The notes under the pieces were generated by a model. It made no database searches. It was not told where the DNA came from and saw only the letters and a program-made list of their open reading frames with translations. Shown piece by piece: positions 1-11,456 of a stretch of DNA of 64,000 nucleotides. Origin of the DNA: a virus; IMG/VR virus record IMGVR_UViG_3300020392_000008, positions 32,001 through 96,000 of that record. One strand, written 5' to 3'. Each line of letters begins with the position of its first letter. Within the stretch, counting starts at the first letter, position 1. The translations under genes were made by a program, and so were the position numbers.

Positions 1-2
1 GA

Positions 3-2483
3 GTTTACACAAATGAATTAACTATACCTCTAGATGATGATAGCGAAAGCACACTAGAAGATTATTACAATAATTTTGTATCAGACTTTGGGCTAATACT
101 TTTAAACTTAGCTAAAGAAAAAAAGGTACCCGCAATACTTGCTGAAAAACCAGATGCACCTGTTCTTGACTCAGGTAATTTTCAAGTTATTCAAATAGAT
201 TCACATATAAAAGAAGCTGAAAATACTATACAGTTAAAATCTAAAATAAAAGAAAAAGAAGATGCTCTTTCTCAACAAAAAGAAACTGATAGAAAAATAA
301 CTGAATTAAAATCAGAGATTACTACTAAAGTAAAAACAGCAGCTGAAAAGCAAAGAATTGAAAAAGAAATTAAGAAAAAAACAGAGGACAGAAAAGTATT
401 ACAAGATAGAATATCTACCCTTGTTAGAGATGTTACATTAACCGTGGCCACTACACCTCAATTCGTTACATCATCTAAATATCAGGTTAGAGGTTTTTGG
501 CAAATACCTGAAGCAAAGCCTAGTCAATACGGAATTCAAGAAGTAGTTCAATTTAAATATAGATTTAGATATCTTAGTAAAAAAGGAACTGCTCCTAATG
601 CTACTCAAACTGAATTTGTTGAAAGTAATGGAACAAAGAAATTTGCGGTTTTTTCACCTTGGACAGAGAGAAATACTAAATCTAAAACTAGAACACTTAA
701 TGAAGACACTGGTTTATACGATTGGTCTACTGAAAATGTTTCAGACGCGGATGCAATAAACATAAACCAATTAGCTGTAACTATTAGAAAAGGAGAAATT
801 TTAGAATTGCAAGTAAAATCTATTTCTGAAGCAGGTTGGCCAGAAAACCCTGCTGAATCAGAATGGTCAGATTCTATTCAAATAGAATTTCCATCTGAAA
901 TAGAATCAGAAGAAGAAGGAAGTGCAATTGCAACTAGATTTATAGCTGAAAAGTCTAGAATTGAATTTCAAGATGAATTAAATGCAAAAGGCTTAGATCT
1001 TCATTTAAACTCTCAATTTACAACAGGTGAAAGGTTTTTTGCCCATCAAGCTAAAGACATATCAAGTGGATTTTTTACAAACGAAGGAAATGTAGTTGAC
1101 CTATTTGAACAACTAAAGAATGTTCAAAATAGTTTAGAATCTTTACAGCAGGCCATTTCACTAGCTAAAGGAGTTATAAAGGTTTCTATTGTTTCTCCGG
1201 CAGGGGATAGTACAGAGGTAAAAAATGGACAAACCTTAGAATTATTTGCAGGTTTTTATAGGGACTTAATCAAAGATACGACCGGAGGTACAACTGTATA
1301 TAATGAAGGTAGAATTATTACATCTCAATATGTTTTATCTATAGAAAACTCATCAGCAACTCCTCTTGAACTTGTTTCTCTTTTAATGGGAGGAATAGAC
1401 GAAGTTGCTTCTCCATCAGACCCGGTGGCTAATCCAGATCAAGATTACCATGTTAATCGTAGATATGATTTACCATCATTGAGTGTTACTGAAATACAAG
1501 ATCAAGATCAGGCTAGTATAAAACAGCCCCCTGGAAATCAATCGGCACAGGTTAAGAGTCAATTTGTATACAGTAGATTTAAAGATTTTGGATTAACTAA
1601 TCCTTTGTATAACGAAGGCGGTCCCTTTGATAATAACCTTTATCTTTATTTAGGAAATTCTGTTTCTGGTCAAAACGTTCCATATAATGGAAATAGTTAT
1701 TTACCATATGATCCTACGTCTACTATTTATCCAAATGGAGGAAGTAATGGTAGTATATGGATAGGAACAACAGATTCAAGTGGAGCAGCCGATGGAGGAG
1801 GAACCTTAAGTGAATTTTGCATACACTCAGGGCATCCTTTCTTAGAAACATTAGGTAATAACTATGACATAACGTCTACGGCCACCTCAATGAATGATCT
1901 GTTTAAACCTGAATTTGCAGGAACGTCTCAATCTTATTATCCTTTTTCACATGGTCTTCATTTTGAAACATCTGAATCAGAGAATTCAAATGCTTTTAAT
2001 GCAAACTACAAAAATCAAGTAATCAGAAGAACGCCTGTGCTGCCTCCATCTGTTTCTATTCTACGAAAAGATGAAAATTATCCAACTAAACTAGGTTTTA
2101 CGCCAGATGATGAATATTTAGTAGGTAAATATACATGTGGAGCATATCTTTATCCATTTCCTCTTAATTATAGTGTTATTTCCGTAGATGGAAATCATCC
2201 TAGATTATCATACAAGGAAGTTGTTACAGGTTCATCTAATTCAATAAATGTACCTATATTGTTTCAATTCAGATGTTCAGATAAATTAGGAAATGTTGGA
2301 GGTTTTAGAAATTCAGGAGCACTTACTAACGTAAAATATTCTAAAAAAATAGGGATAGATATTTATATAAAAGACGATGTTCCTTTTTCTTTTGATTTAC
2401 AGGTAGATTGTCAGTATAAAAAAGTAACAAGTTTAGATGCTCCAGTAATTCCAGCAAGTGGTCTTTCTAGTGCTTCTTTTTAG
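3..2483 (+). CDS. large virion structural protein, 5'-truncated (frame is open from the window start; the ORF-track start at 444 is internal)
   Basis: Frame of 444 reads open back to position 3 (VYTNELTIPLDDDSES...), with a coiled-coil segment; sits upstream of giant structural genes. Confidence 0.7.
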   Translation, partial: VYTNELTIPLDDDSESTLEDYYNNFVSDFGLILLNLAKEKKVPAILAEKPDAPVLDSGNFQVIQIDSHIKEAENTIQLKSKIKEKEDALSQQKETDRKITELKSEITTKVKTAAEKQRIEKEIKKKTEDRKVLQDRISTLVRDVTLTVATTPQFVTSSKYQVRGFWQIPEAKPSQYGIQEVVQFKYRFRYLSKKGTAPNATQTEFVESNGTKKFAVFSPWTERNTKSKTRTLNEDTGLYDWSTENVSDADAININQLAVTIRKGEILELQVKSISEAGWPENPAESEWSDSIQIEFPSEIESEEEGSAIATRFIAEKSRIEFQDELNAKGLDLHLNSQFTTGERFFAHQAKDISSGFFTNEGNVVDLFEQLKNVQNSLESLQQAISLAKGVIKVSIVSPAGDSTEVKNGQTLELFAGFYRDLIKDTTGGTTVYNEGRIITSQYVLSIENSSATPLELVSLLMGGIDEVASPSDPVANPDQDYHVNRRYDLPSLSVTEIQDQDQASIKQPPGNQSAQVKSQFVYSRFKDFGLTNPLYNEGGPFDNNLYLYLGNSVSGQNVPYNGNSYLPYDPTSTIYPNGGSNGSIWIGTTDSSGAADGGGTLSEFCIHSGHPFLETLGNNYDITSTATSMNDLFKPEFAGTSQSYYPFSHGLHFETSESENSNAFNANYKNQVIRRTPVLPPSVSILRKDENYPTKLGFTPDDEYLVGKYTCGAYLYPFPLNYSVISVDGNHPRLSYKEVVTGSSNSINVPILFQFRCSDKLGNVGGFRNSGALTNVKYSKKIGIDIYIKDDVPFSFDLQVDCQYKKVTSLDAPVIPASGLSSASF

Positions 2484-2489
2484 CATTAA

Positions 2490-5400
2490 ATGAGAAACAT
2501 AGAATATAATAAAATATTAAACGATACTACTAGTTTTCAATTAGTTAGAACCAATCCTAAATTAACTTCAAATGTAAAACTAACTATCAACCAGCATGAT
2601 GAAATGTGGTTAGATTCAATAGAAGTTTCTTCAGAGTTAGCAGATGATAAATATAAAAGATTTAGAGTAAACCCAGAGGTTTCACACCCTGCGAATCTTT
2701 ATAATTTTTATGATAGTGGAAAAACCCCTAATGAAATAGCATTTTCATTGTCTGAGAACGTGTCAACTGTAAAAACATCAAAGGATTATAAAGACCAATA
2801 TGACTTCTCTGAATATTTTAGCGGAGCTAGATATTTTCCATCAAAACAATATACTGAAAGGCTATCTTACTTTGCGCCTATTTACCTAAAGCAGGATTTA
2901 CCTGAATATTTTGTTATATTTAAAATTGAAAATCCCCTAAACTATAGAATAGACGATTCTGAATCAAGCTACCCTTTTGAAAAAGGTCAGTATATTATAG
3001 ATATGTTAAAAAAATCTACTATAATAAAAACATATGATCTAACAGAATCAAGTAAAGTAGGATCATATTTAAGAAAACATGTGTCAGACCCTAGTTTTCC
3101 AAAAGGAGGCTTAACAGTTGACTATAATAAAGACACTTTTACTAAATTTAATGGTATTCTTATAGATTCAGGAGCATTTGGAAGTAGAAGTGAATTGTTA
3201 TCTGATTTTTATTCTTCTTCTACTCCTCTAAAACATTTTGAGCAGTTTATAACTAAAGGATACGAAAGAAATGGGGTTATTTACCCCAATATTATGAATA
3301 TTGAATTTATATTCGATGACGAAACATCTGAATATTATGATTTTAATAGATACCTTGGGGTTTACATAAATAAAGTTGAATTAGATAAAATATCGGCTGA
3401 CATAGATAGAGTTTATAATAAAAGGGCAACTTGGTTGAACACACCTAGACTTAGAAGAAATGTAAAAGAATACGAAGAAGTAGCAGTTATTCAAAAAAAC
3501 CCAAACGGTGTTATTTTTCCATATAAACAAACTCAATTAAAAATGTCAGAATTTAATGATTCATACTCAACTAATGACAAGTTATATATGAATTATATAA
3601 ATGATAAACATGGAAATTTATATTCATTTAAACTTAATAATAACCCTATAATAGAAGACATAGATTCCTCGTCAAATGAGTTAACTACGGGTAAAATAAA
3701 ACTATCTAAAAAAGAAATTAATTTAGGAGACTTCTTTGGACCCGGTAGAGATTTTTTACAGGACGAAGCTTTTTCAACAAATAACCCGGGTTATTCAAAT
3801 TCTTATTTAAAAATATTATCCGAATTAAAAAATGGAGATGTTATTAAATTTTACCACCCAACAGGAACTAAACAAGATTCGAGCGGTAAATATGATGACA
3901 TAATAGCTACAGTAGGATACTCGCTAGTCCCTAACTCGGGAGATTTTTATTTTTATAACGACATAGATAATGTAGTAGGTCATGATACTTTTTATTTTAA
4001 TGCGACAGGGCTTCCTAACGAAATAGCGAGCGCTATTAAAGGTTGCTTAGATAATATTAGAAGTAGAACGTTTAGAATTACTTTAATAGATGAATATCTG
4101 TTTATAAGATCCTCTTCATATGGAAATTATGACGACAGATATGGGCTAGAATATCAATCTCCTTCTTTAGATTATTCAAATATTGAAATAGCAAAAAAAT
4201 TAGGAAATGATTTAATAGGGAATATTTTTAGATTTGAAGGCGGTTCTTCTTTTTCAGGGAATAGAATAATAATGAAAGCCGACCAAAGACAGCGGCTGGA
4301 AGAAAATATTAACGATGTAATAGTAAAAACAGAAAACGGATGGTCTAAAATAAAGAAAATATCTAATTATATAGACACTATTGAAAAAGGTTATCACGAT
4401 TATTTTGATAAAATATCTATTTTATTAGAATTAGAAGAAAAACCTTTTATAAGATTTGGAGAAGTTATAACTAAATTAATACACAGACCTTCTTTTGGTC
4501 TACTGTCTTTTTTACCCATTAGAGATTTTGATTTTGATTTTTATTCTAGTAAATATTTAAATTTTCCTATAAATGACTTATATCAATTTTATTACATTCC
4601 CGATGATACTAATATATTAGAGGAAGGTATTTCTTATCAAGTATATGGAAATGGTAAAATACAATGGAATGGTAATTCATATTCATCGCCCGATGTGTTT
4701 CAACCTGGACCAGGAGATGAATTGTTTTATACGGTTTCATCAGGGGATCCTATTGTTTCTTTTGCAAACGTAAATTTAAATGGAAACGCAGGGTCTTCTA
4801 TTATTCCATATAACGATGAAAACAAAGAAATAAAAGATTTTGAAGGATTTTTCTTACTAAAAGATCCTTCTAAAGTTACGCCAGAAGAAGACAACGAAGT
4901 ATTTAAAAGAAAACAAAAATATTTAAATGGAGCTACTCAAACGGAGTATGATTATTATAAAGAAAATTTTACAAAGGATTTTTCTTTAGAATCAAAACTT
5001 ATTCCGTATATAACTAAATGGTCGTTATTAAATGGTAAAGATTCTAGAAATAATCCTTATAGACTTAATAATGAATTGGCCTTTGGATTTAATAACTTTT
5101 CACCTAGTCATGATGATACTACTCAAAATCCATCTAATTTTACTCATGAATGGTTTTACTTAGAATCAAAGTTTAACTATACTGAAGATAAAAAAACAGT
5201 TACGTTAAACAATAGTTATTTTGATATTCCATTAGATGAAAATAAGCTTTTGAATGAAGAAGATTATTTTATAAAATATTTTACATATACGCCTACACTT
5301 AACTCAATAGAAGTGGGTGAAACTCAAACGAGATATTCTATAATAACTAAAAATCAAGTTAATCAATTTGAAACATTTTTAAAAGGTTTTAAACTAAATT

Positions 5401-7463
5401 TTAAAGATGTAATAAATGAAAACGATATAGGACCAGATGGAAAGCCAGTCGCTAGCCAAAATACTACTAGATTTGAAAATTATAAATTTTCTTGTATACT
5501 AAAAACTTTTAAAGAAGATATTAATTCAGACGATAAGGCCCCTATTAAATATAGGGTTGTAGAACATAAAGACTTTAAATTTATATTAGTTATTATAGAA
5601 CTACGAATAGGTAGTGAAGATGAAATACATGATTTTTGGAAAGAATTGAGCCTTCAACCTTCTCCCGCAGTGTTTAACGTAAACAGGTCAAACTTTTTAG
5701 ACTTAGACCCAAGTGGCTTTTACGAATTATATGACACCATAAATGGTGATTATAGAATAAAATTTAAAACTGATTTGTCTACTAACTTAGATATTTCTAA
5801 TATAACTTACTCATTGCTTTATTCTTTAAAGCATAAAAAAGTAAATAACTTTATTGATAATTATTCTAACATAAAACTTACTCCTAAATTAGATTTAAGT
5901 TCAAGTGGAGCTTTTTTATCAGGTGGAAATGAGATAGAAAAAATAGAAAATATAAACGCTTCTAATTATCCCCAATCTATATCTGATGAATTATCAACAT
6001 CTACCTTAAATCTAAATACTTTTATAATTCCTAGGTTTAAAATCATAAATAAAGACTATTTTATTAGAAGCAACTCTTTTCCTAATGATTCAAACCCATT
6101 TATAGCTTCGTTTGATGAAGGTTTAATATGCGAAGAACCGGCAGCTAGGATATATGATGGAGTTCAATATATAAGTAATATTCCAACAGGCACCTTCGCT
6201 GCATATCAGCTGCAATATACTTTTAAAGCAATGGTATCTGGAGCTAATTATTATGAAAAAATAATTGAAAAATTATCATTTGCTAGGTTTAAACAATATG
6301 TAAATGAGTTAAATTCATTTATTGAATACGAAAGCTGGAAAATAAATAGCTTAGGCCAGGCTCAACAGTTGGCTTTGCCTAATTATTACATAGAAATACC
6401 TGATAACGAAAGTATAATTAAAAAACAAGGACTAGCTGCTTTAATAGATAGTAACAGGCCTTCTAATTTTTCATTTATTAACGATATAGGTTATAATTAC
6501 TTTACATCAAATTTAGATAATACATATGAAATAAACAGATATAAAGGAACATATGAACCTATCTTTACAGATGTTATATTCTTTAATTCAAAATATATTT
6601 TTGATCAAACTAAAAATAATATTAAAGAAATAGATTTAGCCAATATATCGCTTAATGTTAATATAGATTCATTCGGTACAATTGAAAACTTTAGTCACAT
6701 AAAAATATCACCTACTAAAATACTAGATTTAGAAGCAGATGATTCATTTGAACCTAGATATGAATTAATAGACGAAATAGCTATTTCTAAAAAACCCTAT
6801 TTTTTATTTGGTTCAAATTGGGAATTTGGATATCACCACAAGTACAAAGATAAATCTAATTCAAAACCTGCTGCAGGGACTTTAAGAATAGAAGAAGATG
6901 ATTCCTTTATAGGTAAACTAATTAACTTACCCAATGAAGTTGATTTAGAAAACTTCAATATTCTTGAATTAAGCGAACTTGAGCTTTTAGAAAACGTAAA
7001 CTTAGATCAAATAGAAATTGTTTCAAAAGAAACCTCTACTGGCATAGAAGGTTATATAAATCTAAATAATATTTTATCAAGATATTTTATAGAAAATGGT
7101 ATATCTAATAGTTTTTATCAATATTTAGTAAATCAAGAAAAATACATAGGTTCTTTTGAATCAATAGACAAATACATAGAGCAATATATTAAATTAAACA
7201 TATTAAAACTTTATGAAACCAAAGAACTGTTTTTTTATACAAAACAAGATAGAACATTAAAGTCAAAACTGCAAACACCTATCAATTCAAATAATATTGA
7301 ATTTATTTCATTGAATGACAATCAACGCAATGAACAGGGGTTTTTTATTAATAAAAATTTAGAGATAAATAAATATGAAAGATTAATATTGAGTTTTAGC
7401 TTTAATAAAAATAATGAGAGTGGAACACTGGTTAGTCCAAAAATTAAAATGAAATTTATTTAA
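2490..7463 (+). CDS. giant hypothetical protein, probable virion/baseplate component (1657 aa)
   Basis: Long ORF tightly coupled between a structural gene and a tail fibre; no recognisable enzyme motif. Confidence 0.6.
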   Translation: MRNIEYNKILNDTTSFQLVRTNPKLTSNVKLTINQHDEMWLDSIEVSSELADDKYKRFRVNPEVSHPANLYNFYDSGKTPNEIAFSLSENVSTVKTSKDYKDQYDFSEYFSGARYFPSKQYTERLSYFAPIYLKQDLPEYFVIFKIENPLNYRIDDSESSYPFEKGQYIIDMLKKSTIIKTYDLTESSKVGSYLRKHVSDPSFPKGGLTVDYNKDTFTKFNGILIDSGAFGSRSELLSDFYSSSTPLKHFEQFITKGYERNGVIYPNIMNIEFIFDDETSEYYDFNRYLGVYINKVELDKISADIDRVYNKRATWLNTPRLRRNVKEYEEVAVIQKNPNGVIFPYKQTQLKMSEFNDSYSTNDKLYMNYINDKHGNLYSFKLNNNPIIEDIDSSSNELTTGKIKLSKKEINLGDFFGPGRDFLQDEAFSTNNPGYSNSYLKILSELKNGDVIKFYHPTGTKQDSSGKYDDIIATVGYSLVPNSGDFYFYNDIDNVVGHDTFYFNATGLPNEIASAIKGCLDNIRSRTFRITLIDEYLFIRSSSYGNYDDRYGLEYQSPSLDYSNIEIAKKLGNDLIGNIFRFEGGSSFSGNRIIMKADQRQRLEENINDVIVKTENGWSKIKKISNYIDTIEKGYHDYFDKISILLELEEKPFIRFGEVITKLIHRPSFGLLSFLPIRDFDFDFYSSKYLNFPINDLYQFYYIPDDTNILEEGISYQVYGNGKIQWNGNSYSSPDVFQPGPGDELFYTVSSGDPIVSFANVNLNGNAGSSIIPYNDENKEIKDFEGFFLLKDPSKVTPEEDNEVFKRKQKYLNGATQTEYDYYKENFTKDFSLESKLIPYITKWSLLNGKDSRNNPYRLNNELAFGFNNFSPSHDDTTQNPSNFTHEWFYLESKFNYTEDKKTVTLNNSYFDIPLDENKLLNEEDYFIKYFTYTPTLNSIEVGETQTRYSIITKNQVNQFETFLKGFKLNFKDVINENDIGPDGKPVASQNTTRFENYKFSCILKTFKEDINSDDKAPIKYRVVEHKDFKFILVIIELRIGSEDEIHDFWKELSLQPSPAVFNVNRSNFLDLDPSGFYELYDTINGDYRIKFKTDLSTNLDISNITYSLLYSLKHKKVNNFIDNYSNIKLTPKLDLSSSGAFLSGGNEIEKIENINASNYPQSISDELSTSTLNLNTFIIPRFKIINKDYFIRSNSFPNDSNPFIASFDEGLICEEPAARIYDGVQYISNIPTGTFAAYQLQYTFKAMVSGANYYEKIIEKLSFARFKQYVNELNSFIEYESWKINSLGQAQQLALPNYYIEIPDNESIIKKQGLAALIDSNRPSNFSFINDIGYNYFTSNLDNTYEINRYKGTYEPIFTDVIFFNSKYIFDQTKNNIKEIDLANISLNVNIDSFGTIENFSHIKISPTKILDLEADDSFEPRYELIDEIAISKKPYFLFGSNWEFGYHHKYKDKSNSKPAAGTLRIEEDDSFIGKLINLPNEVDLENFNILELSELELLENVNLDQIEIVSKETSTGIEGYINLNNILSRYFIENGISNSFYQYLVNQEKYIGSFESIDKYIEQYIKLNILKLYETKELFFYTKQDRTLKSKLQTPINSNNIEFISLNDNQRNEQGFFINKNLEINKYERLILSFSFNKNNESGTLVSPKIKMKFI

Positions 7464-7465
7464 AC

Positions 7466-10400
7466 ATGGCAGTCATTATAAATCTTAAAGAACTATTTGC
7501 ATCTGACGCACAAGAAATGTACGTTGATAAGGTAAATTTTAACTTTAACAAACTTTTAGAATTAGGAATAGGACAGCCTGGGCCTCAAGGTATAACTGGT
7601 CCATTAGGATCAGCCGGCCCTATTGGTGTACAAGGCGTACCCGGTGAAAGGGGAAATAAGTGGTACACTGGAACCGGTGCACCGTCAGGTCAAACTTTTA
7701 CCGGATTATTATTAAATGATTTTTATTTAGACACTTCTACTAATAGTATATACCAATATCAAGGTTCACCTGCATCCTGGATACAAATATCAGACTTTAG
7801 CTCAATAGTAAATGGTATAATAAACAGTTCAGGAACTCCCTTTGTTAGAGGTTTTGGAGAAACTAGCCCTGATGATCAGCGATACATAACCTTTACTAGA
7901 CATGGTAATGATTTAACAGATCAAATTTTAGATATTACCCTAGGTAACCCTTCTTCCAATGACATTTTCTTATTAAATAATTGGAATGAAAAACATTTAC
8001 AAGGTGGAATATTAAATTTTCCAAATAACACTGATGAAGAGTTTAATGCAATACAGCATATTTCAGTTGATCATAGCAGCGGTACTGCAACAGGTAGATA
8101 TCACTTAGAATTCGGTTCAATTTATAAAGATTCAAATTCAGATAATTTAATAAGTAATTTATACAATAATCTTAAAATACGATATGTAAAACAAGTTCAA
8201 ACGCCTAGTTATTATTCTAACTCTAATGAAACTATTAATCTGGCAAAAATATCACTAGGACTACCTGAATCTGTGGTTGACCTCAATGCCAATACTACTC
8301 AACAAGGTATATTTTTATTAGATACTCCCCTCTATAACATAGAGGATTCTGCTAATCCAGTAAAAGGAAAATTAAAAGTTAATATTGGAACAACTGAACC
8401 TATAAAAGAAATTAGTCAACTAGCTACCCCTGTAGATGGTATTGAAATTAACACAAATGATTTAACAGGTAGAAATGATTCAGTTGCAATAGGTCTTCTT
8501 AGAAAAGAAAATCACCCAAATTGGACTTTACCATTTGGAATAGATGGAACATTGTATACTATTACTAAATCAAACAGCGTAGGAGCAACTATTATAGAAG
8601 GAGATACCTACAGTTACGATGGTTCACTAAACTATATGCACACTGAAAGTAAGGTAAGAAGCAATGAAAATTTAAGAATGCTTCCTTATCAAAATTCAAA
8701 TATACAAGGTTGGCAGGGTATAGTTAGTGATGGTAAATACCTGTTAGCAGTTTCACCCGGAAACAAAAATCAACAAATTTATACGGACAACGGTAGTTTA
8801 CTTATATATGATGTAACAAATCCAGACGACCCTATTTTAATAAAAGAATATGAAACATCTTCATCTACAAATGGAAATACACCCGCGCCTAGTGAAGAAT
8901 ATGATATTCATGGAACCCCATCAGGTAATGGACCAATTCCAGGTTATCCTAGTTCAAGTAATGGGCAATTCTTAGATCTCCCATTAACTGGTGCAAGAGA
9001 TGTAGCGTTTAAAGGAGATTATGGATATATTGTTAGAAGAAAACCTGATCCAGGTAACGTAGTACCTCCTCCTGGAGTAAATCAGTTTACGGATTCTTTT
9101 TTAGTTTTTAATTTAGGATCAGATTTAAATTTCCCTAAAATAGTTTCTTGGTTAGGTACAAATAATACTTTTTCTCCAGGTTCTTCAAAAATGGATAAAT
9201 TGAGAAGAGTTAAAACATTTGGAAATTGGGCAATGTGTATAACAGACTCAGAATCAGTAAATGCTGACTCATATCTTTTAGCTGTTGATGTATCAAATCC
9301 AAAGGCTCCTATTTTTAATAATAGTAATAGTCATCATACTTTTTCAGGTAGACACATAGACTTTGATATAGATAATGAAGTAGCATATATTTTATCTATA
9401 GAAAACACAGGTGGTACTCAAGAAAATTCAATTTTAACAAAAGTTGGTTTAACAGATCCATTTTATTTAAATACCGCGGTTTCGACGAGTTTAAATATGA
9501 CATTAAATACGCCTATTCCTGCTAATTTAAAAGATATTGGAGGAATAAAAGCTGTTGGTAAAAAAGTATATACTGTTCATGGTAATAGATTTTTTATATA
9601 CAACAGTGGTGAAAGGTTAACAACCACTCCTATTCAACTAAGCAATACATATTTACCTCAGGATCATTATGGAACAGATGTAGATGTTGTTGGAAATTAC
9701 GCTTACATATATGCAACTAATGATATTACAAAGAGTTCATGCATACTTATATACGATATAAGTGACATATACTCCCCAGTATTACTTGATCCAATAACGT
9801 ATTTTGGAAGCGGATCTGGTAAAAGTTTAGGAAGTAAATTCACAACTGTTGGAAATAGAATTTATACAGTTTCAGCTAGACATGATGATGGGCAAGGAAA
9901 TTTAAGTCCTTCAGGAGTTAATTCAATTCATATAGGAGGAATTAGTTCTCCGTCTGCTAATTTAGCTAAAATAAGCGCTTCTGAAATAAATGTATCTAAA
10001 AAAATAAATATATCTAATGACCTAGATGTAGGAAATTCTATTTCAGTTGGTTCTGGAGGAATTAATGTAAATGGAGACGCAGGTATTTCAACAAGCACTA
10101 TTATAGCCAAGCCTCAGCTATTGAGAAAAAATCAATCATTACCGCTAGCTCTAGGCTCTAAATCTTGGATGCACAAACTTAACCCAGGTAATCTTGCATA
10201 TGCAACAGCAATATGGGGTAATCAGATTTTATTAGAAGATATTGATGTAAGTTCTATTACTTTTAACGCATTTGATCTTCCAAAGGTAGCTGGTTTAGTT
10301 ATTAACATAAATAATGTAAATACATATAATTACCCTGGATCAAGTTCACTAGGCTCTTTTGTATATGGAATAAGACAGGACCAGGATTCTCAAACAACTT

Positions 10401-11455
10401 CTAATGGAACGACTGTAATAAACGATTTTAGTGGAGCTATAAGAAACTTAGATGATAATACTCAAGAAAACGGAATATACTTCTTTGGAACAGATAATAA
10501 TTGTGCTTCAACATATGATGCAAACATTAAAAATATACCTGCCGTAAATAACACCCCCGATCAATATTTAGGTCAATGGGGTATTGAATACGTAGGCAGC
10601 CAAAGTGACACAGACCCTAATGTAAATGGACTTAATTTTTGGAAACCTAGTCCTTCTCACAATCCTGGTAACTTTAAATTATTCTTAACAGATGGCGGAA
10701 GAATTGGAATTAATACTGGCACGCCTCAATACACATTAGATGTAAATGGAGATATAAATGCCAATGGAGGTATAACTGCTACTGGACCATCTACTATTAA
10801 TAATTTCTCTAGCAACGGTGTTGATATTACCGGCGGTAGCATAACAGGACAAACAAGCTGGGATTCATCAGGATCGTTTAATCAACAAGGTACTGCGACA
10901 ATCGCAACAGTAGGAGGCTTTTTAGGAGTAGGGACTGCTCAGAGTAATTATAGCACGACTGGAACAAGTGGTAGTAACAACCAACATCATGTGGCAATAT
11001 ACACATGGACTAATTCAAACCAAAGCGGTGATCTTAAATATTATAACAGAGTAGTAAACACGTCTAATGTATTTCATAAACTAGCCGTAAATGGTTACAT
11101 ATACGGAAAAGGTATACATTGTGCTTCTGATAAAAGAGATAAAGATCATATAACATATGTCGACTCTAAAGAAGCATTATCTGTTATAGAAAAATTAAAT
11201 CCAGTGTTTTATAAAAGAAAAAGCAATGGATTATTAGAAACAGGTTTTTATGCACAAGACGTAAAAGAAATTTTACCTGAAGCAGTTTTATCATCTGATA
11301 ATGAAGAAGAAAATTTAATATTAAGTTATAACCAAATAACAACATGTAACACTTCAGCTATTCAGGAATTAAATAATATTATAAAAGAAAAAGATAAGAA
11401 AATAAACGATTTAGAATCAAGATTGGCAGCAATCGAAGAAAAAATAGGATTATAA
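7466..11455 (+). CDS. tail fibre/spike with collagen-like stretch, LVIVD-type repeats and C-terminal intramolecular chaperone (peptidase S74)
   Basis: GQPGPQGITGPLGSAGPIGVQGVPGERG; repeated LLIYDVTNPDDP / LLAVDVSNPKAP / ILIYDISDIYSP; C-terminal SDKRDK...GFYAQDVKEILPEAV plus coiled coil. Confidence 0.85.
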   Translation: MAVIINLKELFASDAQEMYVDKVNFNFNKLLELGIGQPGPQGITGPLGSAGPIGVQGVPGERGNKWYTGTGAPSGQTFTGLLLNDFYLDTSTNSIYQYQGSPASWIQISDFSSIVNGIINSSGTPFVRGFGETSPDDQRYITFTRHGNDLTDQILDITLGNPSSNDIFLLNNWNEKHLQGGILNFPNNTDEEFNAIQHISVDHSSGTATGRYHLEFGSIYKDSNSDNLISNLYNNLKIRYVKQVQTPSYYSNSNETINLAKISLGLPESVVDLNANTTQQGIFLLDTPLYNIEDSANPVKGKLKVNIGTTEPIKEISQLATPVDGIEINTNDLTGRNDSVAIGLLRKENHPNWTLPFGIDGTLYTITKSNSVGATIIEGDTYSYDGSLNYMHTESKVRSNENLRMLPYQNSNIQGWQGIVSDGKYLLAVSPGNKNQQIYTDNGSLLIYDVTNPDDPILIKEYETSSSTNGNTPAPSEEYDIHGTPSGNGPIPGYPSSSNGQFLDLPLTGARDVAFKGDYGYIVRRKPDPGNVVPPPGVNQFTDSFLVFNLGSDLNFPKIVSWLGTNNTFSPGSSKMDKLRRVKTFGNWAMCITDSESVNADSYLLAVDVSNPKAPIFNNSNSHHTFSGRHIDFDIDNEVAYILSIENTGGTQENSILTKVGLTDPFYLNTAVSTSLNMTLNTPIPANLKDIGGIKAVGKKVYTVHGNRFFIYNSGERLTTTPIQLSNTYLPQDHYGTDVDVVGNYAYIYATNDITKSSCILIYDISDIYSPVLLDPITYFGSGSGKSLGSKFTTVGNRIYTVSARHDDGQGNLSPSGVNSIHIGGISSPSANLAKISASEINVSKKINISNDLDVGNSISVGSGGINVNGDAGISTSTIIAKPQLLRKNQSLPLALGSKSWMHKLNPGNLAYATAIWGNQILLEDIDVSSITFNAFDLPKVAGLVININNVNTYNYPGSSSLGSFVYGIRQDQDSQTTSNGTTVINDFSGAIRNLDDNTQENGIYFFGTDNNCASTYDANIKNIPAVNNTPDQYLGQWGIEYVGSQSDTDPNVNGLNFWKPSPSHNPGNFKLFLTDGGRIGINTGTPQYTLDVNGDINANGGITATGPSTINNFSSNGVDITGGSITGQTSWDSSGSFNQQGTATIATVGGFLGVGTAQSNYSTTGTSGSNNQHHVAIYTWTNSNQSGDLKYYNRVVNTSNVFHKLAVNGYIYGKGIHCASDKRDKDHITYVDSKEALSVIEKLNPVFYKRKSNGLLETGFYAQDVKEILPEAVLSSDNEEENLILSYNQITTCNTSAIQELNNIIKEKDKKINDLESRLAAIEEKIGL

Positions 11456-11456
11456 A

